A program made the position numbers and the translations under genes. From Dicyema japonicum (lineage: Eukaryota; Animalia; Dicyemida), in contig RDEW01000027.1 of assembly GCA_011109175.1 (NCBI GenBank), positions 672,511 to 736,510 of the forward strand: a DNA stretch of 64,000 nt, written 5' to 3'. The notes under the pieces are model-generated. The model was not told the DNA's origin and did no database searches. It saw nothing but the letters and a program-made list of their open reading frames with translations. Below, one piece after another: positions 11,276 to 24,391 of this stretch. Position 1 is the stretch's first letter, and each line of letters starts with the position of its first letter.

Positions 11276-11926
11276 TTAATTATTCCGGTTCAAAGTATCA
11301 ACTGAAGAATTACTGGCAGACATATCAGTACCTTCGATCACAGCCCTTATCATCTGTCGGAGATTTATATTTTCCACGTGCAATCTGCGAAATTCACTCT
11401 GGCTCTTCAACGACTTTCTGTCCTCCATTGACAAGCACTTCCTCGCGACCTGAATCACTGAATTTATCGAATTCACACAGTTTTCCTAGGAGTAATATCA
11501 AACAAACATCAAAAGGCTCCAATGTACTCATCCTCTCATTTTGGCTGCTAAAATCTTTGAAAAAGCTCAAAGCCTTCTTTCTGTAGTCAGACATGATAGT
11601 TTCGACGGTGGCCGTACAGTTGGCAATGAACAACCTCATTTGCTTGTTTTCGTTCTCCAAATGCTTGATTGTTTCGTTTTCATAGTAAAAATTAGATAGA
11701 GATATCTCCCATTTTGCATTATTATTGTTTCCCATTAGAGGTTTGTTATAATGGGTCAAAAATAAATAACTATTGGTACCTCATCAGAAGTGGGAAAAAG
11801 AGTAAGTAGATCTGTGAACCTGTATGACCAAGATTGGAGTTTATCGTGAGACTCCTTCTCCTTGTCTCTGATCATTTGCAATTTGGATGAAATTTGCTCG
11901 AATTTAAAATCTGTTTTAGTATCCAT
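11276..11926 (-). CDS. SIKE/FGFR1OP2-family coiled-coil protein (STRIPAK component)
   Basis: ENETIKHLENENKQMRLFIANCTATVETIMSDYRKK resembles FGFR1OP2 QENRQIRELQQENKELR...LELIMSKYRE. The C-terminal VARKCLSMED...FRRLHVENINLRQMI resembles VMRKAIEIDE...IFQLEQENKGLREIL. Intron 2 is 22 nt GT-AG; the intron 1 acceptor is ambiguous. Confidence 0.75.
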
Positions 11927-12099
11927 TCCACTACACAAAACCGTTTTCAAATTTAAATTTAAAATGAACTGTTTAGTTTTATAATTAATTAATAGTTTAA
12001 TAATAAATGTTTTCCATATTAATATTTGACTTCAAATTAAATTAATTTGTTAATTTAATTGACTTTAATTGTTAAGAATTCTTTGAAACATCTCGGGAA

Positions 12100-12900
12100 A
12101 AGTTTCGAGGTCGTCAGCGTACAACGCTTTCCTAGGTCCTAAATGGTGACCTGAGACCAGTGAACAGAACACTAAGGATGTTGAAAACCTTAGTAGTTTG
12201 CGGAGCCTGGCATCGACCAGGAGTTGGCGGAAGAGACTATTATCGAATGATCATGCAGACGCGGTACGAATAGAATTCTAACGACCTACCGCCTGACTTG
12301 CATTAAATCTAAGTGTTAGAGAGACATGTACTAACGCTGAGTTCACCTCATCTAATGATGACTTCTTTCCAACATTGTTCTGATTTGACCGCTCAACCTT
12401 GGTATACTTTCGATCTGTCTACCAGAATGCCCTTGATTCAGTATCAAAAAACCTTCTAATGTAAAGGATTCTGTGACCTACATTCATCTAAACATCAAAC
12501 ATAAGGTCATGATATCGCCTACTAACGTATAGAGTTCCACAAGGCTTCCCACTTTCACCCATTCATAATGAGACTCCAAGAATTGACAATCCAAATGTGT
12601 CGTTCATATATGAGGACGACCTAATCATCGCCGTTAAAAATAGAACTCCCTTTTTCGCGACTACAAAGGTCCACTCAAACTTTCATCAAAAGAGTGGGGA
12701 CTTGCATGCTTAGCAAATGTCGCTACTACGGACAACTTTTCAAAATCTTGAAAAAAATCAGTGAACCTCATATCATAACATTTCCGGAAGTTTTCGATGG
12801 AGGATCTGAGACCTGTGAAAATATACTTAGAATCTGTAATATAATTTAAATTAAGACTATATAGTTGAAGCACGTGTTCAGAGATTTTATTTATAGGTCA
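12100..12900 (+). mobile_element. highly decayed LINE RT remnant
   Basis: VPQGFPLSP at about 12535 and IYEDDLII (degenerate YADD) at about 12610. Confidence 0.55.
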
Positions 12901-12959
12901 TGTTTTTTTATATCCTAAATTATTTACTTCAAGCAAGCACTATAGCTTGGGCATGTTAG

Positions 12960-15640
12960 GAGGTCATTAGAGCACCTGATCGGGAAGTTGATTTGTTAGA
13001 CGTGCAAGTTTGCCTGTTAGGGAGTTGATCTTGTATGAATTGGATATTGAAGCTCCATAGGCCCATGAGGCACAAGCATACTCTACCGTCGGTTTTAAAA
13101 GTTGATTGAACAAGACGACAGCGCATTCCCGTGACGGCCTGGACTTTAAGAGCGGTTTGATTATATTTAGTTTCCTGAGACCCTTCGTCATAACGTTCTT
13201 CACATGTTGAGAAAATGTTATCAAAGGGTCGAAAGTCACTCCCAGGATAGTTGGACGAATCTGTAATAATAAAGAGTCTCCATAAATGTTCAAATCCAGT
13301 GTATGTTTTTTTTCTGTCTGTGGTGAAGATTGTATACGTTGATTTATCCCTGGATATGGAGAGACGATTCAAAATCAACCAGGCTCCCAGGTCGTCAATA
13401 TGTGACTAAAGCTCTGATTTTGCTATACCCACGTATTTGTTCCTGCTAGCGATGATTAGGTCGTCAGCATAAGTGAGAAGCATTGAATCTGGTCCTCCAG
13501 GGCAGGGTAAATCGTTGAGGAATAAGTTGAATAACGCCGGAGAGAGGGGCGATCCTTAAGGGACGCCATTTGGTAGGAGACGGGACCTCGATCTTGCGTG
13601 GCCTATGCAGACACGTCCTCTTCTTCCGGAAAGAAAATTAACTATCCATCTTTTCAAAGCCGGCTGAATGGTGGTGTCAAAAACCTTTTTCGTGAGTAAT
13701 GTTCTCGGGACAGAATCGAACGCCTTCTGGAAATCCAGGGAAACCACTATTGTCNGAGAGGGGCGATCCTTAAGGGACGCCATTTGGTAGGAGACGGAAC
13801 CTCGATCTTGCGTGGCCAATACAGACACGTCCTCTTCTTCCGGAAAGAAAATTAACTATCTATCTTTTCAAAGCCGGCTGAATGGTGGTGTCAAAAACCT
13901 TTTTCGTGAGTAATGTTCTCGGGACAGAATCGAACGCCTTCTGGAAATCCAGGGAAACCACTATTGTCCGTAGATGGTGCTTTGGTTCGTTGAACCGTGT
14001 TTCTCCATTAGGCGCGATAATGCACACGTTAATGAAATTGGACGGTAGAAAGAAGGTAAGGTTTTCGGTTTTCCTGGTTTTAGGAGGGGTATTATAAATG
14101 AGTTCTTCCATTTGCATAGGATGACGTTCTTGTTAGAAGACAAATTAGAAATTGACGTAATCGAATTGATTGCAACATTACCAAGGTGTTTTAGCAAAAT
14201 TCCCGGAATGCAGTCAGGACCACACGTATAAGATCTCTTCATCGATCCTAGACCACGGCATGCGTAAATAAATTGATCCACGAAGTTGGTTTAGGCACTA
14301 AATTCCGAAGGTGACAAGAAGGGATTTCGAGAAGTCCTTGTGACTTATGGATGCCTAATATTTCATTAGCATGCAGTATTTGGAGCAGAAAAAGATTCTG
14401 ATAAGTTTACCTTGATTCGACGAATAGTTTTCTATAAAAAATTCGTGGAATTCATATGTCCAATAGATGTTAACAGGCGGTTCCACGCCCTATCTTTCTT
14501 TTCTCTGATGGGTTTTGTAATTCTCTGTTTTAAGCATTTTATATTTTCCAAATCAGAAGAGGTTTGCATTAATCTTCTGGAAGTTTCTTTGTTTGACGAG
14601 GAGACGAGTCTCCGAGTCCAGAGTAGGCTTGTAGGATTTGTAAACTGCACGTGGTACAAACAACTTTTCGACTTGAAGGATTACATGGTTTAGATGGTCC
14701 ACTGCTTTGTCGATGGAGCAAAATGAGGTGGGATCAAAATGTATTAGGTTATGGTCAATGAAGAGCTTGAAATTCGATCAGTCAGCTTTCTTGTAGACCT
14801 TGAAGGTTGCTTTAATTGCACGTGAGTTATTGAATCGGCTCAGTTTTAATATATCGGATTATGATCATTGTGAAAATTGTAGGAGATGTTCCATGAAATC
14901 TTCGGGGCAATCCTGGAGGAAACAATGGATATGTCGGGGAAGGTTGGGTTGTCATTTCTTTGGACTGGTGTCCTTGTGAAGATGTTAGGGTATTCAGAAT
15001 TACCATTTTTTCGAGTCGATAAATAGACTCCCCCTCTTGTCTGCCGACTGGGTACTGAGCCACTGGGGATGTTTGACGTTGAAATCCCCACATAGTGACA
15101 CATTTCGAATTTCTTGTAGGTGTCGAGCTTCGGAGCATAGTTATTAGGACAGGATCCCGGCGGTAGAATGTATATGTTGATTAGAATAAGATGTTCTGAC
15201 CAATTAATAAAGGTCATCGTAGCTCCATTGTTTAGAGCAGTAGTTAAAAGTCATGATGATGCCGGTTCGAATCCGGTCGAGGACCACCTCCGCGAACGCA
15301 GCTGGCTGTTTGAGCGAATTTCGCTCGCAATTCTGAGAAGGAACAGCCACGCAATGATGGCGGCAGCTAACTAATGTTTTGTCCTTATCATTTTTAATAA
15401 AAAATTTATTTAAAAAATTAATAAGATCAATAGAAATTTGTTCCGCGGTCCTGTCGTGCAGAATTAAATCATCCACTTGCGAGCTCACATCGTGGAAGGA
15501 TAAACCGTTTTTAATAATGGTAAGTAAGCCGCCACCACGTCCAATACGGTTTTTTTCTGATGGAGATGTATCCAGGAAAAAGTGGGGTTGTAGTCTTTGT
15601 AGAAAGTTTTGAATCCTGGATAAGGCAGATGTCAATCTTA
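12960..15640 (-). mobile_element. degraded Jockey/I-like APE-RT LINE (endonuclease through RT C-terminus)
   Basis: APE motifs (GRGGGLLTIIK, LINIYILP, DHNPI), SCGPDCI...WKNSFIIPLLKPGK...YRPISLT, SLDFQKAFDSV, NGVPQG, YADD, ILGVTFD. Stops and frameshifts throughout; interrupted by a SINE at 15211. Confidence 0.9.
15211..15415 (+). mobile_element. SINE: tRNA-like head plus CRE-LINE-derived tail, 9-bp TSD
   Basis: GGTCATCG-TAGCTC...GAGC...GCCGG-TTCGAAT-CCGGT-CGAGGACCA (15212-15286), then WLFERISLAILRRNSHAM (CRE C-terminus) and an AT-rich tail. AATTAATAA is duplicated at 15202-15210 and 15416-15424. Removing the insert restores the host APE frame (IDLINWSEHL). Confidence 0.85.
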
Positions 15641-15759
15641 TGCTTCGTTAATAAACATCGTAACTCCAGAATCTTTGTTTTTATTCCGTTAGCATTGAGT
15701 ATCGAAACTTAATTTATCCAATGTCTCTTGAATCCACTTATTTCATTCACTGAATTTTA

Positions 15760-18400
15760 TTAATGTAAAATTCATGTAATTAAATTTAATAAATAACACA
15801 GTCAACCACCCAAACTGGACCCTGCCTAAATTATCAACGTTGCGTTGTTTCTCACGATTGCAACTGAGATCAACTGGAGAAGCCACCTGGTCTCACGTGC
15901 GTCGTGGTTTTTTAGTGTAGCTAACCGTCCAAATTTCTTAAGGNAGCGAAACTTAATTTATCCAATGTCTCTTGAATCCACTTATTTCATTCACTGAATT
16001 TTATTAATGTAAAATTAATGTAATTAAATTTAATAAATAACACAGTCAACCACCCAAACTGGACCCTGCCTAAATTATCAACGTTGCGTTGTTTCTCACG
16101 ATTGCAACTGAGATCAACTGGAGAAGCCACCGGGTCTCACGTGCGTCGTGGTTTTTTAGTGTAGCTAGTCGTCCAAATTTCTTAAGGAAGCGAAGCGATT
16201 TTCCACTTATTCCTCCAGTTGTCTCGACCACAATGGGATAGAAATGAACCGATCGTGCAATGCTTCATATTTTTTCTTTTTTGCTTTCATTATTTTTTTC
16301 AGCAGCATAAAGTGTGTCTACCACGCTCCTGACAATGTTGGATGGGCAACAAGTAGCATCCCAGACCAAAAGTTTCCCCTCTTCGAATGGGAAAATTGTT
16401 ATCCCGTCAGAACGTTTTCCGTCTCCTCTGTCCAGGCCAACAGGTTCAAATATGGCGGGGTATCCCACAGACTCCAAGGCTCGCTTGACAATTCAGTTGA
16501 TCGCCTTGGGTCGTGGGAATCATCTTGCACTTCTTCGACACGAGGCGGGGTATCCCATAGACTCCAAGGCTCGCTTGACAATTCAGTTGATCGCCTTGGG
16601 TCGTGGGAATCATCTTGCACTTCTTCGACACGAGAGAGCATGCTGTCCATAACAATCGACGGTGGTGCCACACCGGAATTTGTGAGTCCGTCAAATCTCC
16701 CGTCCAAGTCTGGTAGAGATGCCGATGCGGACAGTATCGCCGTCAAGGTGGGTCCCGACACTACCAACAGGGAGTGCATTGATCCAAGCGCCATTCGATT
16801 CGCATCTTCCAGTGACTAGACAGGCACATCTGTGTTGATTTGATTGGTTCAGAAGCCTCTCATATTTATCTTGGCAGATGGTTTTGTAACGGTCTTTCTG
16901 CTCAGGCATCATCCCTTTCAAATGCTCCATATCTGTGATTTCATATGATTCTGTTTGGAATTGGAGAATCATCCTGATCAGCAGACGGCTGGAGCCCAAA
17001 GAGGACAGATACGCAGAGCAAGCCAGATCTTTCAGTGAAGGGATTCCCAGTCCGCTCAGGTTAACGGGTAGGGTCGCTTGGTCCCACCCTCGGTCGTCAA
17101 ATTTTACATTGGTGATACGTTCAGTAGTCGCCCGGAAAAGGGAATCGATGGCATCAAGCTGTTGCATTTTTAGGAAGACTTTTCAAACAATCTAGTACAT
17201 CCTTCGGATGGCCGCCCATGGTGAAATCATCCAGATACCATACTCTCAGAGGNCAGTTTCTGTGCTGATTAAGCGTTTCTCATCAGGAATAAAGAAATAT
17301 GTGCGTCCAGCATCTCCAGACGTCTGAATGTTGTCTTTAATTGTTCTTTTGTTCTTAGAGTGTTATTGATTCCAGCATCAGTAACAGTGGGCATCCAAGT
17401 ATTTCCAGTTGTTCTGCTTTGGTTTCTGTGGCTTTTGGAATGATCTCTGAACATTGCAAGGATCATGTGCCATTCAGGCTGCGGAAATCCAAAATTGATA
17501 ACTTCACATTTCGAGGTGTTTAGAGTTAAGCATAGGGATTCCATTTGGACCATCAGACTTTTCAAACAATCTAGTACATCCTTCGGATGGCCGCCCATGG
17601 TGCAATCATCCAGATACCATACTCTCAGAGGAGTAGAACAATATTCTGTGATAAGGGCAATTCCCAGGCTGAACAAGGCAGGACCCAGTGGGTCTCTTTA
17701 TTGGACTTTAGAAGACGGTGGAATGTAATATTGGCCATGCACCAGACTGGATGGTTCTCCGTACGAGCTATGAATATGGCTGTACACTGATGGGTAGTAT
17801 GTGAAGCAATCCTCCAGAATTGTATCACGTCATATCGAGTTAAAGGCATTTTTAATGTCAATTTTGACGATTACGTGAGGAATGTTCTCATTCTCTTTGA
17901 TGAATGTTTGGACAGCATGAACTGCCGCTTCACAACCCCCGGGTGTGCCGTCCACTATTTGGGTCGTTGAAACTGTGTTATCAGCGTAGGCAAAATTGCT
18001 CTGTATACAAGCATAGAGACCAACCGACGAAAAGCCAAGCCAACAGCAATGAGCGAATTCCCTTTCCCCTCTAGTCGAATGCGATTAATTTGGCGGAGAA
18101 CATTACGTGTCGAATTGTTTCTGGTAGTGTCCCTGATAGCATCCTGTTCATTAGTTTGGACGAGCCGGACCCTAGAGTTGTCCGTGTTATAAGCAATGAG
18201 GTCTTTGAGGTGTCCCGGACGGAGTCCATCTAGTTCTCCACTGCTACTCGGGACGAAAGAGAGAATCCTATCTTTTACGTCCTCTTCAGATACAAATAAG
18301 TTGGATAATTGTCCTGGGCAAGGCGGAATCCGCTGGTCGTTGGAGGGACTTGGGTGTCGCTCAACGAGTGATGCGTAGGACTGTTTAGACGGCTAAATTA
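15760..18400 (-). mobile_element. CRE-like (RLE-type) non-LTR retrotransposon, degraded
   Basis: IAVGLAFRRLV, GCEAAVHAV, WYLDD, W.QATLPV..SGLG, GAWINALP...G, RSDG.T.FPF..GK.LVWDATC, and terminal WLLQLISVAIVRNNA. Confidence 0.85.
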
Positions 18401-18747
18401 TACAGTGTTGATCTGCATTCCACCTTCCGAAAGTTTTCGACGGATTGCACTTCTTAATCTCTGATTGTCCGAGATAGTCGGTGTTGGCTTCTCGTGGTTT
18501 TGAGATTTATAGGTGAGCTTTTCGGAGTCTGCCAATAGGTTCCTTGAGGAGAATGTGTGGAAATTCACCTTTACTAATTACGTAAGTGATTTCTTTTCTT
18601 TCCCCCCTCCTATGGGGTATGCATAGTGTGAATAAAGCGAAGCATAATAATTGTACCCAATCCTTAGATTGATATACGGGCAGCTTTGGGGATCCTGGTC
18701 AAGAGTCTTCGTGTGTGAGTCAGGTTTGAGATCAATTCAAGTATTTC

Positions 18748-18876
18748 NNNNNNNNNNNNNNNNNNNNNNNNNNNNNNNNNNNNNNNNNNNNNNNNNNNNN
18801 NNNNNNNNNNNNNNNNNNNNNNNNNNNNNNNNNNNNNNNNNNNNNNNNNNNNNNNNNNNNNNNNNNNNNNNNNNNN
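18748..18876. other. assembly gap (N run); a second 17-N gap at 22176-22192
   Basis: Runs of n in the sequence. Confidence 0.99.
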
Positions 18877-19265
18877 TATGTCTGGACCTTAAGAAGTATC
18901 GATGTTGACTCTGATGTTTTGGGGAGATGGTGGGAGAGACGATAATGCAAACGCAAAACGAATGGAATTATAGCTAATAACACTTGAAACCGGGAGATAA
19001 TTTTGTTTAAAAACAAGCCAAGTTAGTACGAAATTGTATAGCCCCCTGGTCACATGTGGTTGCATGTGGCCGCTCGATTTTTTTCCCGTGAAGTCATCGA
19101 TCTACTTAACTCAGGAGACGTCCAATGCCTGGCCAGAATTCAAAGGGATCCATCTCTTCGTTCCACCAGGAGACTATTTCGCTCCCTGTCGATGAGTTGC
19201 GGCTTCAACCTAAACTTGCATGACAGTGTCATCCGGATAACTGCGTTAAGATGAAGACTCTACTG

Positions 19266-19360
19266 CAGTGGTTCTCAACCTTGGTTCTGCAGACCTGATT
19301 TTGGAGTTCCACGATTAAAAAAATGTAATAAAAATTTAAATAAAAAATTCGCACGTTATA
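19266..19360 (+). mobile_element. left end of hAT (Charlie-like) element
   Basis: CAGTGGTTCTCAACCTT terminal motif preceded by CTCTACTG (8 nt with central TA, typical of Charlie/Buster target sites). No matching right end seen. Confidence 0.6.
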
Positions 19361-19755
19361 TATTTAGGCTCTGTTACCTTGTAGCTTCTGCTAGCACTTT
19401 AAGGTTAGGAACCGACGTGTCTTATGAGAAGGGTATACATCACCCCTCTCCAATTCCTATTCCCGAAACCACTTCGCCCACAGAGAAGTTGTGTTGGATC
19501 CCAGAAGGCGCACGAGGAGAAAATGAGAATTCTGATTGAGGCCTGCGAGATCACTTAATTTATTTAGTAATTGAATTAACGATTGGTGTTCTTGGGTTAA
19601 TAATAATATAACCGCTGCTCTACTGGAACTCGTCAAGATCGCGGGATTAGTTAATTTGGTTTCACTCAGTCTTGGAATAATTCCATTTCTAGGAAAAAAG
19701 TAATTTTAGTTTTTTATTAATCGAATCCCGAAGAGTTAGTATGATTAGTATCTGG

Positions 19756-20316
19756 TTAGATAGAGTCTGAGCATTGAGAATTCTTAAGTAACTTCTTTAG
19801 TTTATTGTGGAAGTACATGATTATCTCTTCCTTAGTGATGTATCCATCCTCTGAAATTTACTCAAAATAAATACTGTTCAAATCTTGCATAAAGTGATGT
19901 TTTACGAGTTCACGTTGAGTAACTTTTCCATTCCTGTTTTTGTCCAGTGGAGCAACTTGCAAACAAGAGTAAAAATGAGGAATTCCAAAATTTTCGTAGC
20001 ATTTCTCAATATCCCCGACAGTTGCTTCATTGTCCCCCACTTAAATGTCGTTAGAAAAGTACATGAAAGTTGAATTTTAAAACTCTCCGGACATTTCTCA
20101 AAAAATAAAGACATGTGTTCGGCTAGTGAGAGCTTACCGTCTCTGTTTATGTCAGCGGTCTCGAAAACCTTAATATTCTTAGGCCTTATGTCAATCAAAT
20201 CAGCTTTGATTTTTTTCATAAGCTCTACTTTACTTTCACCGTCATTTGAGCTAATATGTAAAACTCAAATCTTACTGTATCGATGCTAACAGAGTTATGA
20301 ATATCAGAAAACCCAT
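19756..20316 (-). CDS. secreted EF-hand calcium-binding protein (three canonical loops), 3 introns of 23-25 nt
   Basis: Signal-like MGFLIFITLLASI; loops DINRDGKLSLAE, DKNRNGKVTQRE and DLNKDGYITKEE, the last spanning an intron. GT-AG introns restore one frame to TAA at 19758-19756. Confidence 0.8.
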
Positions 20317-21499
20317 CACTAAATTCATTCAAATGATGACATTTATATATATTCGGATGCACCTGTGGCAGCAATATGTGACCAAATTAATCATATGGAT
20401 TGATGGTCAAGTGACAATATGATTGATATTTTAATTAGTGTAAGCACCACTAGACTACCATTTTGGTCGAAATGGAAAGGAATTCAGCAAGATTCCCTAT
20501 GTGGAATCAACACTGTGAAACTCCTGAATTATCTCTGAACAGCTTTTGAAAAACTGGGAGTACGTTATTGGAAATCGCAAAAGAGAGTCCAAGCTATGGC
20601 AGAACGTCAACCTGGATTGAAAAGTCAACCCATATCTGACATACAAGAAGGTATTTAAAAAGTCGTGTCCTCACAGAGGGGATGACTACGTGAACCGGGA
20701 TTACTTAAATAGTTGATCACTCATTTCTTTTTTTGATTGAAAAGTCAACCCATATCTGACATACAAGAAGGTATTTAAAAAGTCGTGTCCTCACAGAGGG
20801 GATGACTACGTGAACCGGGATTACTTAAATAGTTGATCACTCATTCCTTTTTCTTAAAGAGTTTCCTCGGATTAGTAAATTAAACTCCACGTGTATCCAG
20901 CAGAATATAATTTTGAATGAATTTTAAACTTGACAAACATAATTAGAAATATCTTAATCTTATGTTCCTGTCCCGGACTGAGATGGACCCTGTACTTAAC
21001 ACGGTTGTGCAGCAACGAAAAACAAATGGGTTTGGTATTCCAAAGAACTTTATCTCTCAAAAGACTGAGATGAAATCCTTTGTGAAAAAGGCTAATGAAC
21101 TTGGAAGGTCCGCAAATAAATGTCTAAATGCGTCGATTGCTAAAAATTCTGAGTCCTTATTCAATGCCTTTCCGTACGTGCATTTGGTACTCTATTTGAT
21201 GGAAATACAATCCGAGTTGGAGTCGCTCTTCAGGTAGGTCTTGACGTCTGCTTGAGACACCGGTGCCGAGACGACGGGAGATTCCTTTCTCATACCATGT
21301 TACCTCGAATTATTTATTTAAAACCCCGGGATCACAGAAAGACAGAAAAACGTCAGACAGTTAAGTAATCCTAGTTCCCACAATCAAATGAGCCATCCAA
21401 CGTCTGTGGTCTTCCATTGTTCTCACTACCGCGCGAAAGAGCCTTTTCTAATCCCTGCAGAGGAATCCGATTAGAGAGGGGAACTTCCTAACCAATCGA

Positions 21500-24200
21500 T
21501 TTTCTTTTGCCTTGGAAAAGAACAGGCTAAGCGAGTTTCCGTCCTCCTTACAGACTTAAAGGAATTTGGTTCCACGACTACGGGTCGCAGTTTCCGTAAG
21601 TAGTGGGTTAACCATTGATCCAGAGTGAGGGTCCATTATAGATATAGTTTTCTGGTATATTGAATAGTTGCTGATGACGCGAATCTCCATGCAACAGAGG
21701 CATACTCCACAGCCGGGGTGATGTTTTGCCGGTATAGTTTTCCAACAGAAGCGTCCAAATTTAAAGGAGTCCTCCGGACAAGCGCGCGTATAACATTCAA
21801 CTTCTGCAGCCTTGAGTGAGGACTGTCTCCGTATGAGGTAAAGTTCAATAGCCTGTCGAACATTAACCCAAGAATTGAAGGAGACCTTGTCAACGGTATC
21901 TAAACAGGACCAATAAAAATTCTTGGATCTTCTTTTGAACGACGATCTGAAGTAAAAAGTGCACATATTGATTTTTCGGCAGAAATAGTTAGTCGGTTAG
22001 CAGTCTGTTAATCATAGACGTGTTCACTCTTGCCTGAGCATTTGAGGTTGCGATTTGCGTGGATCGGTTACGTGTTGCAATTATTAAGTCGTCTGTGTAG
22101 GATAATAGCAAAAAATTTTCGTCCTCGTAATTTGGTAGGTCGTGGAATAAAAGATAGAAAAGGGTCGGAAAAGCGNNNNNNNNNNNNNNNNNTTGCGTGG
22201 ATCGGTTGCGTGTTGCAATTATTAAGTCGTCTGTGTAGGATAATAGCAAAAAATCTTCGTCTTCGTAATTTGGTAGGTCGTGGAGGAAAAGATTGAAAAG
22301 GGTCGGAAAAGCGAAGAAACTTGTGGTAGTCCGATAGGTAGTAGTCGTGATCTCGATCTAAGATGCTCGCAGAAGACTCTCCAACCTCGCCCAGAGACAA
22401 AATTGGTCAACCTCAGCTTTAGGCTTGGACGAACTTTCGAATCAAAAATCTTCCCAATAAGAAGCTTCCTGGGACTGTGTCAAAGTTAAGTCGATTGATG
22501 CCATTGTAGTTCGCATGTGTGGTGGGGTGGCATTAAATCCATCGGCTATTAATTGGGATAGTGTAGTTAAATGGGTGGTGGACCTTCCAGGACGAAAGCC
22601 ATCCTGAAAAGCCGTTTTGAGGGAGGTCCGGAGTAATGGCAGATACTGCCAGTTTTTCAAGAAGTTTTATAATGTGATGGTTAGGGAGATTGGCCTGTAT
22701 GAAGCAGGTTCTCTTTCCGGTTTTCCAGCCTTCAAAACTGGTTTGATAACAGAGTTCTTACAAATCTTGGGAATAATATTGTAGTTAATAGACAGGTTAA
22801 CTTGCGTGAGGTAGCCAATTGCGTACTTGCTTAGGTGTTTTAGGTGAATTGAGGATACTTTGTCAGGGCCGCAGGTCCGTGAGTTCTTTAATCCGGCGAT
22901 AACCTCTGAGACCTGCTTGTCTGAGAATAGTTCTTGGTAAGGTTCATTTTTTGGTTTGCGGGCACGTACTTTGATATCCAGTTGTTTAGAGAATTTCTTG
23001 AAGCTGATCGCAGCGTAATGTTTCATAAGTAGATTAGGGTGTATATGACAAATGTGTTCTGGATAGGGGTTGCCGGTTCCATTGCATCTTCCAACTCTGA
23101 TCTAATTTGTTTTAGTGTTTTCCAAAATTGATGAGATGAACTTTTCCCGTTGAGGCGATTGACCAAATGACGCCATCTCTTATCCTGATGGTCTTTTATG
23201 CTCTGAGTGACACTTTTATTTAACTGTCTGATGGATTTCAACTCCGTCGGATGACATCTTTTTATTTGGTTTCTTCGTTTTATGAGTGCAAGTGTCCGTG
23301 AATTGAGGGTGTAAAATTCATGTGTGATGAAAGAGGAATAAATATGTTGTCATCCTTTTGAATGGCCAGACTGATGATTTTTGCGGCTTCATCTATATGA
23401 TGTGTATGGAATTATGGTCCTTTGACCAATTCCAGGTCTACGAAGTCAGAGAAGCCATACCAGTCAACCTTCTTATAATTCTTGAAACTTTTCACATCGG
23501 TCTGCAATGTAAGGCGTCTCCGAAATCCTCTTAAATAAGAAGGATGAGATTATGGTCACTGGAAAAACCATAATTCACATCCCATGTAGTGATTCCTGCT
23601 AAAGAAGGTGAACATAAAGTTAAATCACAAGTGCAGATATCAATGGGGTTCTTGTGTGTAATTTAGGGTCATTCAGGATAATCATATCAATAAGACCATT
23701 TGTGATCAACTCGCCCAGTTGTCATAGGACTGTGAAGCAAGCCAAACGGGGCGTCGGCCATTTAGGTCGCCGCATATTAGAACGTTCTTTAGTACTGAGA
23801 AGAGGGGTATATTTGGGGTGTAGGATTTTGGGCAAATCCTTGTGGTGGAATATATAGNGCAAGCCAAACGGGGCGTCGGCCATTTAGGTCGCCGCATATT
23901 AGAACGTTCTTTAGTACTGAGAGGAGGGGTATATTTGGGGTGTAGGATTTTGGGCAGGATCCTTGTGGTGGAATATATAGGTTAATCAATTTGATCCAAA
24001 AAGACGGGTACAGCTCCATTTTGAAGGTGATCTGCTCCGTGGTATCATCTGAGTCCAAAAGTTATGAGGTCCGTCGACTCACGTCAATGAAAGGTATACC
24101 GATCTTTATAATTGTAAGTAGTCCTCCACCTGGTCTTTATGTTGTGGGGAAAAGTTAATGGCTCTTTTCGTTCCTTTCCGGAATGGGTGACACTTTTTCT
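21500..24200 (-). mobile_element. degraded Jockey/I-like APE-RT LINE
   Basis: APE (INLYIPP, LICGDLNG), TCGPDKV, KPVLKAGK...YRPISLT, GFRPGRSTT, SIDL, GLPQ, SYTDDLII, ILGLMFD. Confidence 0.88.
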
Positions 24201-24391
24201 GGTGAGTCACAAGACACCACGTTAAGCACGTCCCCGACCATGAAAAAAAGTAGTAATTTAGTGCAATAAAGATACGTTAGCATCTCAATAAATTATAAAA
24301 AATATTTTAAAAACTATGAAAATTATTAATTTTGAAACTAAATAATTTAATCTGAAAAGTAAACTCTCACGTTTTTCATTGTGTTGTTTTG

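Noticed and set aside
15212-15286. Functional tRNA gene
   Set aside because: The anticodon stem does not pair, and the unit is fused to a LINE tail between TSDs; treated as a SINE head.
16454-16633. Direct repeats resembling CRISPR or a tandem protein repeat
   Set aside because: Two contiguous 90-nt copies without spacers inside a CRE ORF in a eukaryotic genome; same pattern as the assembly duplications.
16244-16819. 191-aa + strand ORF as a novel gene
   Set aside because: Antisense to the CRE element and inflated by the 90-nt duplication.
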